DNA from: Bdellovibrionales bacterium
GTDB taxonomy: Bacteria; Bdellovibrionota; Bdellovibrionia; Bdellovibrionales; UBA1609
Length of the DNA stretch: 64,000 nucleotides
Direction of reading: 5' to 3'
Assembly (NCBI GenBank): GCA_965261545.1
Contig: CBDHDF010000002.1
Location: 480,001 to 544,000, forward strand
The position numbers and the translations under genes are program-made. The notes beneath the pieces are model-generated. The model searched no databases. It saw only the letters and a program-made list of their open reading frames with translations, and was not told where the DNA came from. Shown piece after piece: positions 1-11,070 of the stretch (position 1 is its first letter; each line of letters opens with the position of its first letter).

Positions 1-479
1 GTGGAGCGACAGCAAGCCTTGTGGAATCTCCTTCTGAGGGAACTTTAACCCTCAATTCAGATGGATCTTTTAATTACAAACCCAATGGAACCTATATAGG
101 AAGCGATAGTTTCTCCTATGTGCCTGTCGCGGGGACTCAAAAGGGGAGTCCTGCTCGAGTCGTTTTGCAAGTTCTACCGGCACCTCTTGATGATATACCA
201 ACATTATCCTATACGACCGTTCAAGGTGTGCCCTTGAGTTTTAGTGAACCTGTTTTGAAATCGAATATTATAGGTCTAGCACCATCATTTCCTCCCACTT
301 TTATTGCTATACCTCCCTCTGTCGGTGGAACAGTAAAAATAGCTCCAGCGGGGAGTTTTGCTTTTATACCAGACTCTAGTTTTACGGGAACGGCCTCTTT
401 TAAATATAGGGTGAGCAGTGCCTTACAAAGTGGTGTTGGAACAGTTAATATCAAGGTCACTGTGCCCCCAAAGAAGTAG
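1..479 (+). CDS. C-terminal part of a surface protein with tandem Ig-like/cadherin-like (Big_9-type) domains; runs off the window start
   Basis: Two repeats of G(T)l.l..(D)GSF.Y/F.P...f.G..SF.Y motif (GTLTLNSDGSFNYKPNGTYIGSDSFSY; GTVKIAPAGSFAFIPDSSFTGTASFKY). Confidence 0.75.
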   Translation, partial: GATASLVESPSEGTLTLNSDGSFNYKPNGTYIGSDSFSYVPVAGTQKGSPARVVLQVLPAPLDDIPTLSYTTVQGVPLSFSEPVLKSNIIGLAPSFPPTFIAIPPSVGGTVKIAPAGSFAFIPDSSFTGTASFKYRVSSALQSGVGTVNIKVTVPPKK

Positions 480-484
480 AGTTT

Positions 485-919
485 GTGTGGAATGTTGATA
501 CAAGTCTTTGCTTCCCGAACCAGCCACAGGAAGAAACGGAAGCATTTTATAATTTAGTGCCATGTGGAACTCAGCAATGGTCCACAGAGTTCCAGTCTGA
601 TGGGTCTTATCACATGATATCAAAGGCGACAAATCAATGCCTAGCATATATCTATAGTCAGCGGGGTGATACTCAAGCGACCATTGGTATCACAGATTGT
701 TTGAAGCCAGAATCAGATACTCTATTAAAATTTCGTTTTCTACCCTTGCCGCTGAGTCCAGGAGTGCTTCAAATAGCCACGGCTGAGCCACCACCAAACC
801 CGCAACCGGGGGAAACATTATATTGTGTAGGGCTCTATCGTGAGTCCCCGTTACCCAATAAAATATTTGCAGAGCCTTGTGGCAGCAATCCTGAAAGCGA
901 CTGGATGATAAAAAAATAA
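485..919 (+). CDS. Ricin-B-type beta-trefoil lectin-like domain, probably the frameshifted C-terminus of the preceding gene
   Basis: Three Cys-paired subrepeats with QQW/DW motifs (CGTQQW...ISKATNQCL...TDC...YCV...PC...DW); no RBS; frame is open back into the upstream ORF. Confidence 0.6.
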   Translation: MWNVDTSLCFPNQPQEETEAFYNLVPCGTQQWSTEFQSDGSYHMISKATNQCLAYIYSQRGDTQATIGITDCLKPESDTLLKFRFLPLPLSPGVLQIATAEPPPNPQPGETLYCVGLYRESPLPNKIFAEPCGSNPESDWMIKK

Positions 920-1018
920 AAAATATGGAATGACTTGTAGCAACATGACTACTCTCTCCAGTAAAGCTTTTCAGGGAGTTGAGCTAAATCGTCTGTCTAT
1001 GAGGCACCACTCATGGGG

Positions 1019-2435
1019 CAATGCCGTTTCCTTAAGCCACCACACCCCTCTGCCTCTGCGTTAAGCTATTTCTTTTAAAAGAACTCCCAGCGCTTTTGAT
1101 AGACCTTTCATAGCTTCTTTTGAAGTGCCTCCTCTTCTCCATTGAAATCTTCATCAGCAACTTTATCTGCTTCCTAAATTTCTGATAGAGCCCCGCAACA
1201 AAAAGAGGGATGCTATCCATTATGAAATCAAGAATCAGTTTAAAGTTAGGTTTTTTGTAGTCATTTTTTACCAACTGATTCACACTGTCTTCATCCTCAT
1301 TTATGCTCATTTGAATCTTTGTATAATTGAAGAGCCAAAAATAAGAATACAGCTCTTGCAATATTCCATTAAGGCTTGTTGAGTGCCACTGCTCCATTTT
1401 CATTGTCGATGTAAAATCACGAAATGTCGTTTCTATTTCCCAACGACGAGAGTAAAGAGCAACCATATCCTTCTTGTCCAAGGAGCCATGCGGAAGATTA
1501 GTGGCCAAAACAGAGAACTCCCCAGTCTTTGGGTTTTTATACTTATAGAGATGAATGACCACCCCCTCAATAACCATTCGTGAATACCAACCTGGGCCAT
1601 TAAATAAATTTACGATGGGGATAAAAGTAGAGCCTCGCTTACAACGCGCAATAAAGAAGTTACTGGCTTGAGCATGGGCCTTAATAATCTCTGTAGATAA
1701 ATAAAGCCTATCGTAGAGAGTTATGCTATTACTCTCAAAACTACCTATCATTTGAATAGCATTGGCGATTTCGTTGAGAGCGGGAGAAAAGCAAAGATTC
1801 TTTGTCACACCCGATAAAACGTCATAAGCATGAGATAGATACATACGTAAGAAATGAGTTTCCATCTCATTTGGGCAAGGGTACCCACAATAACCCTCCT
1901 TTAAAAGATCTTTAGAGCGAGGAAGTGCTAATTGGTCGCCATCTATGGCATAGATATAAAAACCATGAAACGTTTTTCTCAATGGTTCGTAGTCTGTAAT
2001 CAGAGATTCAAAGATATTTTTGAAAAATAGGTAAGAAATACTTTGACGTATCTTGCTGAGACTGCTTTTGACTGGCATGAGAAGCAGGTCACCAAAATGA
2101 GTCCATACCGTCTTAAGAGCGATTTGGTAGCCTTCGTAATTTGTTCCGGAAATAAGATAGATAATGGTAAAAAAGAAAATTTGAGGATTAAATTTTCGAT
2201 TCCTTTTTTGTTTTTCTGGATCGACAAGGTGCTCTGGCTTGAAGGAAGAATCAAGTTTTGGTAGAATAAAATGGTCATCTGTGACGCGAACTCGTCATTT
2301 GGGGGCTTTCGAGATCAATATTGGATTGCATGTGACTTACTCCTTGGTTGAGGGTTGGGTGTAAAATAAAACAAGTCTTATTCTTGTCGATTTATCTAAT
2401 GATTTCAAGAGATTTTTCTTAAGGAAACGGCATTG
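1019..2435 (-). mobile_element. IS4-family insertion sequence, copy A (1417 bp)
   Basis: Perfect 18-bp TIR CAATGCCGTTTCCTTAAG; 10-bp TSD ACTCATGGGG at 1009-1018 and 2436-2445. Confidence 0.95.
1032..2078 (-). CDS. IS4-family DDE transposase (reading frame stays open ~73 codons further upstream)
   Basis: AIDG, LYDRLY and Y-SR-R-WEIE (YREK) motifs. Confidence 0.9.
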   Translation of the reverse strand: MPVKSSLSKIRQSISYLFFKNIFESLITDYEPLRKTFHGFYIYAIDGDQLALPRSKDLLKEGYCGYPCPNEMETHFLRMYLSHAYDVLSGVTKNLCFSPALNEIANAIQMIGSFESNSITLYDRLYLSTEIIKAHAQASNFFIARCKRGSTFIPIVNLFNGPGWYSRMVIEGVVIHLYKYKNPKTGEFSVLATNLPHGSLDKKDMVALYSRRWEIETTFRDFTSTMKMEQWHSTSLNGILQELYSYFWLFNYTKIQMSINEDEDSVNQLVKNDYKKPNFKLILDFIMDSIPLFVAGLYQKFRKQIKLLMKISMEKRRHFKRSYERSIKSAGSSFKRNSLTQRQRGVVA

Positions 2436-3225
2436 ACTCATGGGGCTTAAGCGGGCCTTTAGGTTCTCAAGATGATGATGATAGAGTTCAATGATCTGAA
2501 TGTTTATTTGATCGAAACTTGTCACAGTTTCATTCCACAGGGACTCTCCAACAATAGCTTTAAGCTCCTTTTATTTATGAGACATATCCTGGTATTTTGA
2601 AGAAGCTCCAGCACTCTTCGGGTGTGAAGAGGTCACACCCGAGTTTGACAGAAGCAATCGCGTCAAACGTGTATTATCAGGAGCTTAACGCGCATAGTTG
2701 GTCTTGTCCCACCACAAACTGGGGGGATGGACTTAATGCGTCATTTTGTGGCTGCTTTTTTAGCCTACTTACATGAAGGAGTTTTTAGATCTGTGTCATT
2801 TGACAAAAGAAAAGATGGTCCTCCACTTGGTTGGCTCATTATTCCGACACCGAGTTCCCACTTTTCTCTTTTTGAGTCAAAAATGTGCGCGGTGAGGGTA
2901 CTCCCTCATTCAATAAGGCACCGATTGTTACGCCTTCTAAAACAGGTCAGCCGAGCTACCCCTTTGTGAAAACCTCAGAAGTGAATTGGCACCCTTGATC
3001 GGTATTGACAATATCAGGACAACCAAATGTTTCTATGGCTTCCTCAAAGACTTCTAAACAAAAAGTTGTCTCAAGGCTATTAGAAAGTCTCCAAGACAGC
3101 ACAAATCGGCTAAACCAATCTATCACAGCTACCAAGTAAGCAAAGCCACCAGACAACCTTATAAAAGTAATATCAGTAGCCCACACTTGGTTGGGGGAGC
3201 AGATATTAAGCCCCCTAAGTAGGTA

Positions 3226-5171
3226 CCTGAAATCCGCAAAATTATGACTAGGTGTTAGACTTAAGCCTAGATTTTCTCTTCAAATCGAACATAATGAGGT
3301 TTTATCTCTCCTAAACATTGACGATGCGACGCATCCATAGTCATAATTATGACTATGTCTTTCATATATGAGCAAAAAATCAAGGGTAAGGTCTACCTCT
3401 ATAAGTCCACGAGCTACTGGGATAAAGAGAAAAAGCAGCCTCGTCAAAAAAGGGTGTATCTTGGTAAAAAGGATGAGGCCACGGGGGAACTCATTCCTAC
3501 AACTCGGTGTTCCATTCCCACAGGCTCTTGGGATGTTGGCTCTCTTCACTTGTTAAAAAAGATTAGCAAAAAGCTAAATTTAGTACAAGCACTTAAAAAG
3601 ATTTTTCCCGAAGATTATGAAGAAATTCTTTATTTATCTTTTTTCAAAGTTATTAAGAAAGAGCCTTATTATTTGTATCCCCTCTGGTGCGAAGACTCTT
3701 ATGTTTCTGGTGAAAACTATTTAGATTCACGGTCAATAAGTAAATTCTTATTCACGGTTGGTCGTAATGAAGAAGCAATTGAGAATTTTTTTCTTGAATG
3801 GATTAAAAGGAATAAATCTGCTTCTCAAGCTGTGATGTTTGATATTACATCTATTTCTTCTTATGGTTCTGGCAATGATTTTTTAGAAAGAGGTTACAAT
3901 AGAGATGGCGATAACTTGGACCAAACCAACTTAGGAATTTTAAGTCAAGACATAAAAATAGATTCAAAGTCTAAGAGTGCGAGTCTTCCAATTAGTTACA
4001 GAGTATATCCTGGTAGCATCAATGATGTGACTACTTTGAATAATATTCTTACTTTAGCTAAGGAGTACAAAATCAATCTAAAATGTTTGGTTTTAGACAA
4101 AGGATTTTATAGCCAAAGCAATATCAAGGACTTGGATGATAAAGGACTATCTTATATTATCCCTATGAGCTTTGTGTCAAATCTTTCCAAAGAACTTGTA
4201 AATTCCTTATCTTCTAACCTTTCGTCTTCGGCTTCAGCATTTGGTTTCCAAGGAGATACCTATTGGTATTGTCAGAAAGAGATAAAAATAGGGAAGGTAG
4301 ATTGTGTAGCCCACCTATATTTGGACAAGAAAAAAAGAATTCAACAAGAGTCTAAATTTCTTGCAAAGATATATGAATTTGAAAATATTTTCTATCAGAA
4401 GACGTTTCAAGATGAATCTTCTTGTCGCACCTATATAAATGATACTTTCGGAGTTCAAAAGAAATTTTTTAAGATTAAAAAGGAGAATGAATATTTTGTT
4501 TTAGAAAGAAATGTGGATGATCTTGAGGTAGAAATCAATCGCATGGGGTGCGTCATCCTTCTAACAGATTCTAAGATAAATATCTCTAGGGATGAGGTAC
4601 TATCTTTGTATAGAAACAAAGATAGTATAGAAAAAATATTCTTCTCTTTAAAGCATAATCTTAATGAAAAAAGAAATAGAATGCATTCTCTTCAAAATAT
4701 GAAAGGAAGTCTTTTTATTAACTTTATAGCCTTGATTCTAATTTCATGGATCGATCATGTAATGAAAGAAAAGGAACTTTATAAAGATTTTTCAAAAGAT
4801 GAAGTCTATAAAATATTAGATCGCTTGAAATTTTATAAGTTAGCAACAGGTAAGGTCGTTTTGGGAGAAATATCAGGGAAGCAGAAGACTATTTACTCAG
4901 CCTTTAACATAGGAACTCATGTGGATCACAGGTTTAAAATATAGTGTATTCGTTGCTTTAGAGCCTGTCGAGCCTGTCCTCATAATGAAATTGTACTTCA
5001 GTTTCCATACCTTAATCCAGTCGAAAAGAAACAAAGGAGGCAAAGATTTATTTATTTTGAGTATACAAAAAAATAATGGCCACTATTCTTCTCATTGAAG
5101 GCAGGTCTTAGGTCTTGGTTTATGCAAGCCTTTGGTCCTGAAACCTAGTCATAACTGAAGGGGATTTCAGG
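3226..5171 (+). mobile_element. IS1634-family insertion sequence nested in IS3
   Basis: Imperfect TIR CCTGAAATCC..TTATGACTAGG; 6-bp TSD TAGGTA at 3220-3225 and 5172-5177. Confidence 0.92.
3349..4944 (+). CDS. IS1634-family transposase
   Basis: N-terminal YLYKSTSYWDKEKKQPRQKRVYLG; FDITSISSYG, GYNRDG, LDKGFYS, YRNKDSIEKIF motifs. Confidence 0.9.
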   Translation: MTMSFIYEQKIKGKVYLYKSTSYWDKEKKQPRQKRVYLGKKDEATGELIPTTRCSIPTGSWDVGSLHLLKKISKKLNLVQALKKIFPEDYEEILYLSFFKVIKKEPYYLYPLWCEDSYVSGENYLDSRSISKFLFTVGRNEEAIENFFLEWIKRNKSASQAVMFDITSISSYGSGNDFLERGYNRDGDNLDQTNLGILSQDIKIDSKSKSASLPISYRVYPGSINDVTTLNNILTLAKEYKINLKCLVLDKGFYSQSNIKDLDDKGLSYIIPMSFVSNLSKELVNSLSSNLSSSASAFGFQGDTYWYCQKEIKIGKVDCVAHLYLDKKKRIQQESKFLAKIYEFENIFYQKTFQDESSCRTYINDTFGVQKKFFKIKKENEYFVLERNVDDLEVEINRMGCVILLTDSKINISRDEVLSLYRNKDSIEKIFFSLKHNLNEKRNRMHSLQNMKGSLFINFIALILISWIDHVMKEKELYKDFSKDEVYKILDRLKFYKLATGKVVLGEISGKQKTIYSAFNIGTHVDHRFKI

Positions 5172-5421
5172 TAGGTAGGGATAAACCTTATGATGATGGT
5201 TTCGCTGACTGGTGTTTGGACCTGGGAAGATAGTGAAAAGACACATCTTTTCCATGAGCCGCTGAATCCTTTTGCGGTTGACCCCATGGCCATTAAGTCT
5301 TAAGCCCGGAGGGGAGGGCAAACCAGGCCATTTGTGGGCGGGCAAACCAGGCCATTTAAAATTTAATATCTGACAAGGCGTATTGTAAAATACCTTCTAG
5401 AAAACAACCTGGGAGGGAAGG

Positions 5422-7353
5422 ATGAACGTCTTGAATAAACAAAAACAAGAAGAGATATTAACATTAATTATAGCAGGTCACTCATTTCGTAAAATAGCGA
5501 AAAGGCTACATGTAGGTCGATCTACGGTTTCAGAGTATGCGAAAGCCCATAGGGTCATTGCCAAAAAGGGGCGTACAGGAGGTATAGAGCCAAAATCTCC
5601 AGCCTTTTCGGTGTGCTCAGAAGCAGAGTCATGTTCATCTTCATGTTCTCCTGAAATTTGCTCTGCGGAGCCTCCAAGCCTTCCTGTGGCCCAGTTCGAA
5701 AAGCCCAAGGAAGTTTCGGTCTCCTCCACAGAATTCAATCAGCAGGTTCTTCTAGGGGAAGCCACACCCCCCTTAGAAACGCCTCCATCTTCCCCTATAG
5801 GATCAGGCTCAGCATGTCTTGTCGTGTCTGATGGGGCTTCCATGCACTCCTCCGCCTGCCTCACGCGCCCATCCACAACCATGGTGGAACCGATGGCTGC
5901 TCCCACAGAAACTGGATCCACGGACTGTATAGAACCACCTGGATTGAAAAAATCTCTTAAAGATAAAACCTCTCAACGCCCCTTATGTCATCAGTCGGCT
6001 TGTGAGCCCCACAGGGCTTGGATTGAAAATCAGGCTTTGAACTTAGAGCGCAATCGAATGGCCATCTACCAAGATTTAGTGGAGAAATTTGGTTTTTCTC
6101 ACTCCTACGACAGCGTGAAAAAATTTGTAAGGAAGCTGAAGAAGAGTACTCCCAAACGCTATGATCGCTTGGATTTTCCCCCCGGAGAGGAAGCCCAAGT
6201 GGATTATGGCCAAGGGGCTCTGACTGTTCACCCCCGGACAGGCAAATATAGGCGGCCTCGCCTTTTTGTGATGACCCTCAAGTACTCTCGTGCCTCTTTT
6301 CGCAAGGTTGTTTGGAAGTCCAGCCAAGAGACGTGGAGCAGACTCCATGAGGAGGCTTTTCATTATTTTTTGGGCTGCCCTCAATATGTCGTCTTAGACA
6401 ATCTCAAGGAAGGTGTTATTAAGCCAGATATCTATGAGCCAACGCTGAACGCCGTTTATGGCGCTGTACTGACTCACTACGGGGTCGTTGCTGACCCGGC
6501 AAGAGTTCGTGATCCTGATAGGAAAGGAACCGTTGAGCACGCCATTCACCACACCCAAGACACAGCACTGAAGGGTCGTTCATTTAAAACCATTGAGGAG
6601 CAAAATGAGTGGCTCATGCACTGGGAGCACACTTGGGCTCGCCCTCGGGTCCATGGTCGCACCAAGCGAGTCGTTTCTGAGATGTTTGAAGAAGAGAGCC
6701 CCTTTCTCAAAAAGCTCCCCCAAAAGAAATTTGATTTTTTTAAACAAGAGATACGAACAGTTGCAGACGATGGGCTCATTCAAGTGGGAAACAGTTACTA
6801 TTGCGCCTACCCTTCTGATCTAAAGAGCCAAGTCATTGTGCGTATTTATGATAAAGACATAGAGATTATGGACCCTGCTACGATGAGTGTTATCCGCCGC
6901 CACCAAAAAGCCACTCTCCCGGGGAGTCTCTCTTTGCTAGACAAAGATCGTGTTTATAATCCATCTCGCCATGTAGAAAATATTTTAGCTGATGCGGGTC
7001 AGATTGGCCCTCAAACAAAAGCTTTTTGTCAGTCATTACTCAGGGTGGATGAGAGAGTTGGAAACAGGCAGATGCGTGGGGTGGTGTCCTTGGCTAAAAA
7101 ATATCACTCTGATCTTATTGAAAAAGCAGCCATTCAGGCTGTGAGCAGAGGGGTCTTATCTCTTAGGGTCTTTAAAAGGCTTGTTGAGGAACTACAGCCC
7201 CCTGTGGATGAGAAAAAGATGGAATCCCACCTCACCCAAGACCACGACATCATTCGAGCACCATCCGAGTATGCCATCTACTGGGATTTACATGCCAACA
7301 ACGAAATCTACCACTCACCCTTACACCCTCAGCCTAGCACCAACCTTACTTAA
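5422..7353 (+). CDS. istA: IS21 transposase IstA with a long Ser/Pro-rich insert after the HTH
   Basis: N-terminal HTH; PGEEAQVDYG, VVLDNLK, PDRKGTVE motifs. Confidence 0.92.
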   Translation: MNVLNKQKQEEILTLIIAGHSFRKIAKRLHVGRSTVSEYAKAHRVIAKKGRTGGIEPKSPAFSVCSEAESCSSSCSPEICSAEPPSLPVAQFEKPKEVSVSSTEFNQQVLLGEATPPLETPPSSPIGSGSACLVVSDGASMHSSACLTRPSTTMVEPMAAPTETGSTDCIEPPGLKKSLKDKTSQRPLCHQSACEPHRAWIENQALNLERNRMAIYQDLVEKFGFSHSYDSVKKFVRKLKKSTPKRYDRLDFPPGEEAQVDYGQGALTVHPRTGKYRRPRLFVMTLKYSRASFRKVVWKSSQETWSRLHEEAFHYFLGCPQYVVLDNLKEGVIKPDIYEPTLNAVYGAVLTHYGVVADPARVRDPDRKGTVEHAIHHTQDTALKGRSFKTIEEQNEWLMHWEHTWARPRVHGRTKRVVSEMFEEESPFLKKLPQKKFDFFKQEIRTVADDGLIQVGNSYYCAYPSDLKSQVIVRIYDKDIEIMDPATMSVIRRHQKATLPGSLSLLDKDRVYNPSRHVENILADAGQIGPQTKAFCQSLLRVDERVGNRQMRGVVSLAKKYHSDLIEKAAIQAVSRGVLSLRVFKRLVEELQPPVDEKKMESHLTQDHDIIRAPSEYAIYWDLHANNEIYHSPLHPQPSTNLT

Positions 7354-7396
7354 TCCACCCCCCCAACCCCTCTTCTAGAGGAAAGGAGCAATCACA

Positions 7397-8167
7397 ATGC
7401 CAATGTCACCTACAGAAATACAAGAGACTCTCAAAAGCCTTAAGCTTATAGGCATGTTTGAAACATTTGAGGCTCGAAGTTACCAACACACACAGAACCA
7501 ACAAAACTTCCAAGAGACCTTCTCATTGCTCTTACAGGATGAAAAGGATTTCAAGAAAAGCAAAAAATGTGAGAGACTCCTCAAAGCATCCAAGCTCACG
7601 GAAGAGTCCACCCTCACCGGCTTTGATTGGAATTTTAACCCAAAAATACCCAAGCCAATGATCTTGGAATTAATGAACTTGAAGTTCATCAAGCAGGGGG
7701 AGGGAGCCTTGCTTATTGGCTCCCCTGGAACTGGAAAAAGCCACATTGCAAAAGCTATAGCCACCAAGGTCTGTTCCATATCAAATTACAAGGTTTTGTA
7801 TCAAGAAGCTCACAAGCTCTTTGAAAATCTCTTTGAGGCCAGGCAGCTGGGGCGCAGAAAGAGGTTCTACACCCAACTCATCCATGTGGACCTGTTGATC
7901 ATTGATGATCTTTTTCTTAGAAAGCGCATTCCGCCAGAGGCTTGCGATGACTTCCAGGAAATCATTCTGGATCGATACTCAGCGAGAAAAAGCACTCTTA
8001 TTACCTCCAATCGCATTATTGAGGACTGGGGAAAGTGTTTGGGCGATAATACCGTGGCCTCTGCCATCCTGGATCGCCTTCTCCACTGCAGCCAACTATT
8101 AAAATTTGAGGGAAAAAGCTACCGATTGAAGGAAGCTTCAAACCGACTTGTCAAGATAAAAAATTAA
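7397..8167 (+). CDS. istB: IS21 helper AAA+ ATPase IstB
   Basis: Walker A GSPGTGKS, Walker B LLIIDD, AILDRLLH, GKSYRL. Confidence 0.95.
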   Translation: MPMSPTEIQETLKSLKLIGMFETFEARSYQHTQNQQNFQETFSLLLQDEKDFKKSKKCERLLKASKLTEESTLTGFDWNFNPKIPKPMILELMNLKFIKQGEGALLIGSPGTGKSHIAKAIATKVCSISNYKVLYQEAHKLFENLFEARQLGRRKRFYTQLIHVDLLIIDDLFLRKRIPPEACDDFQEIILDRYSARKSTLITSNRIIEDWGKCLGDNTVASAILDRLLHCSQLLKFEGKSYRLKEASNRLVKIKN

Positions 8168-8815
8168 AGGTAGGGTGAGCCCATCTTGTCAGATCGCCCT
8201 AAATGGCCTGGTTTGCCCGCCCACAAATGGCCTGGTTTAACCCGCCCATCGGGGTTAAGTGAGCTGTCATTTTACGGCTCCCATAAAAAGGGGTCCCAAG
8301 TACTGTTTGTCAATTAAACTCATCAGTTTCAAGTTGTAGGCACTCTCAGGTATGGGTTTGTAGTACAAGGCTCCCTTAGAGATTCCTAGCAACTCACATT
8401 GGCGAGTGACACAAATATTTGGATGGTTCCAATTGATAGCGGCTTTTTTCTCAGGCATTGAATCTCTCAGATTTTTTTTTAACCAATCGTTTTCAACCTT
8501 TAACTGCCCTATTTGCCGATACAACTCATCAATGGTTTTTCTTTGTTCTTCTACCTCGTTGTTGTCCTTTTTTTTGCTCGCTAAGGCCTTAGGAATGGCC
8601 TCAATAGCTTGCTTCTTCCAATCTTGGATTTGGATGCGGTGAACTCCATGCTTGGAGGCCAACTCTGCCATTGTGTCAGTCTCACGAATGGCGTCAAGTG
8701 CGACTCTGGCCTTAAATTGTGCGCTGTGTTTCTTTCTCATTATCCCCTCCTATGAGGGGCTTTTTACCCGCTGCGGTGTAACTTAGCAACCAGTCTGTTT
8801 TTGGGGTCCACTATA

Positions 8816-10380
8816 AAAAGAGAAACGGTAAAATTTACGTTTATGAGATACACGGCTATTGGGACTCAAAGAAAAAACAATCTCGCCAAAAAAGAACCTA
8901 TTTAGGGCGTAAAGATGAGGTCAGCGGTGAGATTAAAACTAAAAAGAAAAAAGTCCCTATAGGCTCCTATACTGTTGGATCTTTATATTTTCTGAAAGAA
9001 ATTTGTAAACAATCCAAACTACTTAAAGTTGTCAAACAAGTTTTTCCTGAGGAATATGAAAAGATTCTTCATTTGTCATGTTTTAAGATTATAAAGAAAG
9101 AGCCTTATTATTTTTATAAGTCTTGGTGTGAAGAGTCTTACGTTTCCAAAGAAATTTCTATGGGATCGACCAAAACTAGTAGACTTTTACACTCTATTGG
9201 TCAAGACGAGAAAAAAATAGATATTTTTTTTACAAATTGGATAAAAGAGCTTAAATCTACTGGCTCTATCCTATTTGATATTACATCTATTTCTTCTTAT
9301 GGGTCCAAAAATGAATTTTTGGAACGAGGTTACAATAGAGATGGCGAAAATTTAGAACAAGTAAATTTGGGTTTGATTGCACGAGCTTCCAGCACTAATT
9401 CAATAGGCTTACCTTTAGCTTACAGGGTATACCCTGGCAGTATTACGGATGTAACGACACTGAGGAATGTAACAGATCTTGTGGGTAGATATAAGTTAAA
9501 TCTTGATATTTTAGTGATGGACAAAGGGTTTTATAGTCAAGAAAACATAAAGAATATGAACAAACAAGGCTTGAGCTATATAGTTCCTATGAGCTTCAGC
9601 ACTCAGAAATCTAAAGAAATTTTATTTGACTTGCATGACAAGTTATTATCTCCTGGATCATTATTTGCTTTCTATGAGCAAGTATACTCCTACTCTAAGA
9701 AAGAAATAGAAATTGGAAGTGAAAGTTGTATGGCTCATGTTTTTTTAGAAGGTAAGAGGCGGTCTGATCAGGAGTCTATTTTTATAAGAAAGATATCAGA
9801 TTTAGAAAATCTTTTTTTAGAAAAAAATTTTTCAAGTAAGGATGATGCATCTCTTTATTTGAAAGAGACATTAAAAACTAAGAAAAATTTTTTTTTCATT
9901 GAAGAATCCGAGAATAAATTTGTAATTGAGAGAAACCTCAATGTTTTTCGAGATGAGATGATAAAGATGGGCTGCTTGATTCTCATCACTAATAACATTC
10001 AAATGGATCGGGATGAAATTTTAAGATTATATAGAAGAAAAGATTGTGTAGAAAAGGTTTTTCGTGCTTTTAAGCATGACATAGATGAGAAAAGAAATAG
10101 GACACATTCGTTGATCGCAATGAGAGGAAGTATTTTCATTAATTTTATCTCTTTAATTTTGATTACATGGGTTGATCATGTGATGAAGAAAAATGAGCTA
10201 TACAAAAAAATGACAAAAGCCGAACTTTATAAGATATTAGACCGTCTCAAGTTGTATGAGCTAGCCACAGGCACTCCCATACTTGGTGAAGTGTCAAAAA
10301 AGCAAAAAGATATTTTGAAGGCGTTCAATGTAAGTACAAATATTAATCCCAGCCGTCGCTTCACAATGTCAGGACCTTAG
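8816..10380 (+). pseudogene. Second, divergent IS1634-family transposase lacking its 5' end (abuts the IS3 end)
   Basis: Frame open from ~8818 (KRNGKIYVYEIHGYWDSKKKQSRQKRTYLG) through ORF 9073-10380; same motifs as 3349-4944; probable right end TCAGG at ~10373. Confidence 0.85.
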
Positions 10381-10411
10381 GCCAGAATCCTTGTTACCAT
10401 TTTTGTAGAAT

Positions 10412-10742
10412 TCAGGTTATAAGCAAAATCGGCCTAGAAAGCAAATTCCTGCCAACTCCACGGTAAAGTTTTATATCATGGATATTCAACAACTTACAAC
10501 GAAAATTGAGGATATTCTTCCCAAATTTTTGTCTTAAAACGGGAGTGAGCCCATCCAGAGAATCTTGAAAATTCAGGGGACCTCTCCAGTGTTTTTGTCG
10601 TCCGTGATAGACCAGTATGGGAATGACTGGATAATTCCAGCGATTGTAAACAAGGGTCTGGTACCTCAGAATCTGCTGGAGAACTTGAGAATCCTGATGA
10701 CTTTTGTGTTCGAGCAGAAAAAAAAGACGCACTCGTTTTTTG
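10412..10742 (-). pseudogene. Internal fragment of an Rpn-family (Transposase_31, PD-(D/E)XK) nuclease
   Basis: LFFLLEHKS..D, ILRYQ, PVIPILVYHG...W motifs; cut by a GGGTATATCC element end at 10743. Confidence 0.8.
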
Positions 10743-11070
10743 GGGTATATCCGAGTTTTCATCAATCCCTTAAGAGTTCAATAGAAAGCACTTGCAGAGT
10801 CAATCTTGTGGGTAGATTCTTCTTAAACTGATAGTATTAAGTTAGACTAAAGGACGGCAATTTCTACAGTATATTATTAGCACACCCTGAGAAATGAGAA
10901 ATGTGGTTTAGAGGCCACGACCTTGAGCAGGACTTCCTTTGATCCTCTTATTTATAAAGTCCATAAATCCAAGTCAGCGTTTTCACCTTAACCAGAGTGC
11001 GCATATAATATATATTACATATTCTTATATCAAGTTAAAAAGAAGAAAATATGAACGGAGGAGGTAAGCT

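Larger units (their letters stand above)
5305..8254 (+). mobile_element. IS21-family element (istA-istB) nested in IS3, with CCC...GGG termini
   Basis: Tandem subterminal repeats GGGCAAACCAGGCCATTT inverted at both ends; 5-bp TSD TTAAG at 5300-5304 and 8255-8259, confirmed against the intact IS3 copy. Confidence 0.92.
2963..8815 (-). mobile_element. IS3-family element, 3'-truncated, interrupted by nested IS1634 and IS21 insertions
   Basis: Segments 2963-3225, 5172-5304 and 8255-8815 are near-identical to the intact copy at 47880-49159; left IR ends at 8815. Confidence 0.92.

Noticed and set aside
2636..2652. ACCCGAGTTTGACAG, repeated at ~17865; resembles an IS982-type end
   Set aside because: Only ~15 bp, same orientation, no partner end or transposase
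2925..2962. Tn3-like GGGG end truncating the IS3 copy
   Set aside because: No partner IR, no convincing 38-bp consensus and no Tn3 transposase
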